This document shows positions 61,400 to 64,000 of a stretch of 64,000 nt of DNA, piece after piece. Both the position numbers and the translations under genes were made by a program. The DNA is from the human T2T-CHM13v2.0 reference genome, Homo sapiens. The DNA lies in the NCBI RefSeq assembly GCF_009914755.1, contig NC_060936.1; one strand, given 5' to 3'. Each line of letters starts with the position of its first letter. The stretch's first letter is position 1. The notes under the pieces are model-generated. The model was not told the origin of the DNA and searched no databases. It worked only from the letters and a program-made list of their open reading frames with translations.

Positions 61400-62055
61400 T
61401 TGGCTATAGCATTATAGGTGATCTTTATACTTTTCTAAATTTTCTGTGGCCACGGGAAATAATAAAGACACTTTTCTTGCACAGAAAAAAAAAACTTTTG
61501 GGAAGTATTTCTCACAGCTAAGATCTGATAGTTTACGCAAAGTTGGCAGGCACAGGCTACAGAAAGCTCTGGGGTGCTGTTGTTTGGAGCTGCTGGTTCA
61601 AGGACAAATTCACAAGATTTGGAAACAGAGGAGCAAGTGTGTAAGGACGAGGGAAACTATGGTATAACATTGAAGCACCTGAGCTGGAAATTTCTGAGCC
61701 CTCAGAGATAAATTTCCTCAGCTCCTCCCTGCCGAGAAAACAAAACTAAAAAGAGTTAATGTTTAGCCAACAGAAATGAGAGTGAAGTTCACAGAAGAAA
61801 TTAGGGCACAGCTGGAAGTGTTCAAAATGAGGAAACGTTCAATGTCAAGTTTGAGGTCCAGGGTTGATGGGTGAACTCGGCACGCTCAGCTTCATGTTAG
61901 GTCTCCCAGCTCAACGAGGGGGTGAATTTTGGTGTACTGCTGTCTTTGAGGCCCTGCGGGAACTCTCCCACACCCTCCCCCTTTTCCTCACACAAATCCC
62001 CTCCTTGCACACCCCTCACGCCTGTCTGTGAGGTGCCAGGGCCCCTCTCCCAGCC
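61400..62055 (+). pseudogene. Decayed OAS1-like paralog relic: promoter/ISRE copy joined to the 3' half of exon 2 and the start of intron 2
   Basis: Colinear blocks matching OAS1 43283-43675 and 45328-45520; exact 16-mer aagtttgaggtccagg (61847-61862 = 45394-45409); frameshifts and in-frame TGA at 61865; outer limits approximate. Confidence 0.85.
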
Positions 62056-62220
62056 AACCACAGGCCAGTATTGCCCCTCCCCAAACTTCCCTTCAGGCAG
62101 ATCAAACCCAGGGCTCTGGAGTCACACTGCCTGGGCTCAAATCCTGCTTCTGAATCTTATGAGATGTCAAGTCACTTACCTAACTCCTTGGTGAAACAGG
62201 CTCTCCTCTGTCAAATAGGT

Positions 62221-62503
62221 GTGCATGCTTTGGGAGGCCAAGGCAGGAGGATTGCTTGAGCCCAGGAGTTCAAGACCAGCCTGGGTAACGTAGTGAGACC
62301 CTGTCTCTATAAAAATAAAAAAATTAGCCAGGTGTGGTGGCTCATGCCTGTAGTCCCAGCTACTCAGGAGGCTGAGGAGGAAGAATTCCTTGAGCCCACG
62401 AAGTCAAGGCTGCAGTGAGCCATGATCAAGCTGCTGCACTCCAGCCTGGGCAACAGAATGCGACCCTGTCTCAGAAATAAGTAAATAAATAAATACATAA
62501 ATA
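62221..62503 (+). mobile_element. Alu (J-type)
   Basis: Alu consensus, (TAAA)n tail. Confidence 0.85.
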
Positions 62504-63044
62504 AATTTGGGTGCAATTGTGGCTCTTAGTGTTACAGAGAGGACTGAAGGAGCTAATGGATGATGGATTTATGCCAGTACCTCACATATAGCTTATCCTA
62601 AAGGAAGTTAGAGCTTATTATGATGATTATTCAAAAATATTTATCAAAGGTCTGCCCTGGGCCATGTTCTGAGCTAAGTGCTGGGGATGCAAAGATGAGC
62701 AAGAGACTCCTCAGGGACAATTGTCTGATGAGATAACAGGCACTATTTATGAGAGGTCCAATCAATACAGTTCTATTTATCTTATAATTATCCAATAAAT
62801 GATCTAATAATTTATTAGAGGGCCAATAAATCTGATGGCAGGAGCCTGTGGGGAGTAATGGCCAGGTCTCACTATTGTGCCCAGGCTGGTCTTGAACTCC
62901 TGGCCTCAAGCATTCCTTCTGCCTCCACCTCCCAGCATGCTGCAATTACAGAGGCATGAACAACTGCACCTGGCCTAAAATTTTATGTTAATAAAAAAAT
63001 GCATGTATTTGAGGAGTACGACATGATGCTTGAATATCATACTG

Positions 63045-64000
63045 TATCGGGGGAAACCAGCCCCCGATATTTCAATGTAGGTTCTTTTCTATTTTCCCCA
63101 AGTGTCGGCTGGTCTGAGAAATAAAGGGAAAGAGTACAAAAGAGATAAATTTTAAAGCTGGGTGTCCAGGGCAGACATCACATGTCGGCAGGTTCTGTGG
63201 TGCCCCCTGAGCCGTAAAACCAGCAAGTTTTTATTAGCAATCTTCAAAGGGGAGGAAGTGTACAAATAGGGTGTGGGTCACAGAGAACACATGATTCAAG
63301 GGCGACAAAAGATCACAAGGCAGAAGGTCAGGGTGAGATCACAAGGTCAGGGCGAAACTAGAATTACTAAGGAAGTTTCATGTTCCGCTGTGCACGCATT
63401 GTCATTGATAAACATCTTAACAGTGTTCAAGAGCAGAGAACCAGTCTGACTAGAATTCGCCAGGCTGGAATTTCCTAATCCTAGCAAGCCTGGGGGTGCT
63501 GCAGGAGACCAGGGCATGTTTCATCCCTTATCTGCAACTGGATAAGGCAGACACCCCCAGAGCGGCCATTTTAGAGGCCCCCCGGGAATGCATACTTTTC
63601 CCAGGGCTGTTAATTATTAATATTCCTTACTGGGGAAAGAATTCAGGGATATTTCTCTTACCCATTTTTGGTAATAAGAGAAATATGGCTCTGTCTTGCC
63701 TGGCTCCCAGGCAGTCAGACCTAATGGTTATCTCCCTTGTTCCCTGAACATCGCTGTTATCCTGTTCTTCTTTCAAGGTGCCCAGATTTCATATTGTTCA
63801 AACACACATGCTTTACGAACAATTTGTGCAGTTAACGCAATCATCACAGGGTCCTGAGGCAACATACATCCTCAGCTTATGAAGATGACAGGATTAAGAG
63901 ATTAAAGACAGACATAGGAAATTATGAGAGTATTGATTGAGGAAGTGGTAAATGTCCATGAAATCTTCACAATTTATGTTCTTCTGTCATGGCTTCAGTA
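63045..64000 (-). mobile_element. MER11-type LTR (HERV-K/HML-8), running off the window end
   Basis: Minus strand ends GAAAAGAACCTACATTGAAATATCGGGGGCTGGTTTCCCCCGATA. Confidence 0.75.

Noticed and set aside
61922-62194. 90-aa ORF starting inside the OAS relic
   Set aside because: GTG start; only the first few codons are OAS-like before a frameshift, so it is not evidence of a coding paralog

Overview
Human genomic DNA from the chr12q24.13 RPH3A-OAS locus; both genes are on the + strand. Bases 1-35.6 kb hold the 3' part of RPH3A (rabphilin-3A): 17 coding exons covering the Rab-binding zinc finger, Pro-rich linker, C2A and C2B, with one GC-AG intron, the stop at 33486 and a ~2.1 kb 3' UTR. An Alu/LTR-rich spacer follows. 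Bases 43.6-56.6 kb hold OAS1, with its ISRE promoter, exons 1-6 and the p42/p46/p48/p52 C-terminal frames. This copy carries the derived splice-acceptor allele (AA instead of AG at 56073-56074, rs10774671-A) plus Ser162/Thr352/Thr361, the haplotype that cannot splice the prenylated p46 isoform. The most unusual signal is at ~61.4-62.05 kb: a decayed tandem paralog of OAS1 in which a copy of the OAS1 promoter (with a mutated ISRE) is joined directly to the 3' half of a frameshifted exon 2. Other findings are a perfect 122-bp templated duplication inside an (AT)n tract, an older ~115-bp templated insertion in a MER5A, an L1PB 3' transduction in OAS1 intron 3, MIR-derived poly(A) signals for both OAS1 3' ends, a sense LTR2 solo LTR upstream of OAS1, and a MER85 piggyBac MITE. 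Repeat family names, rsIDs and isoform names come from recall, not from a database search.
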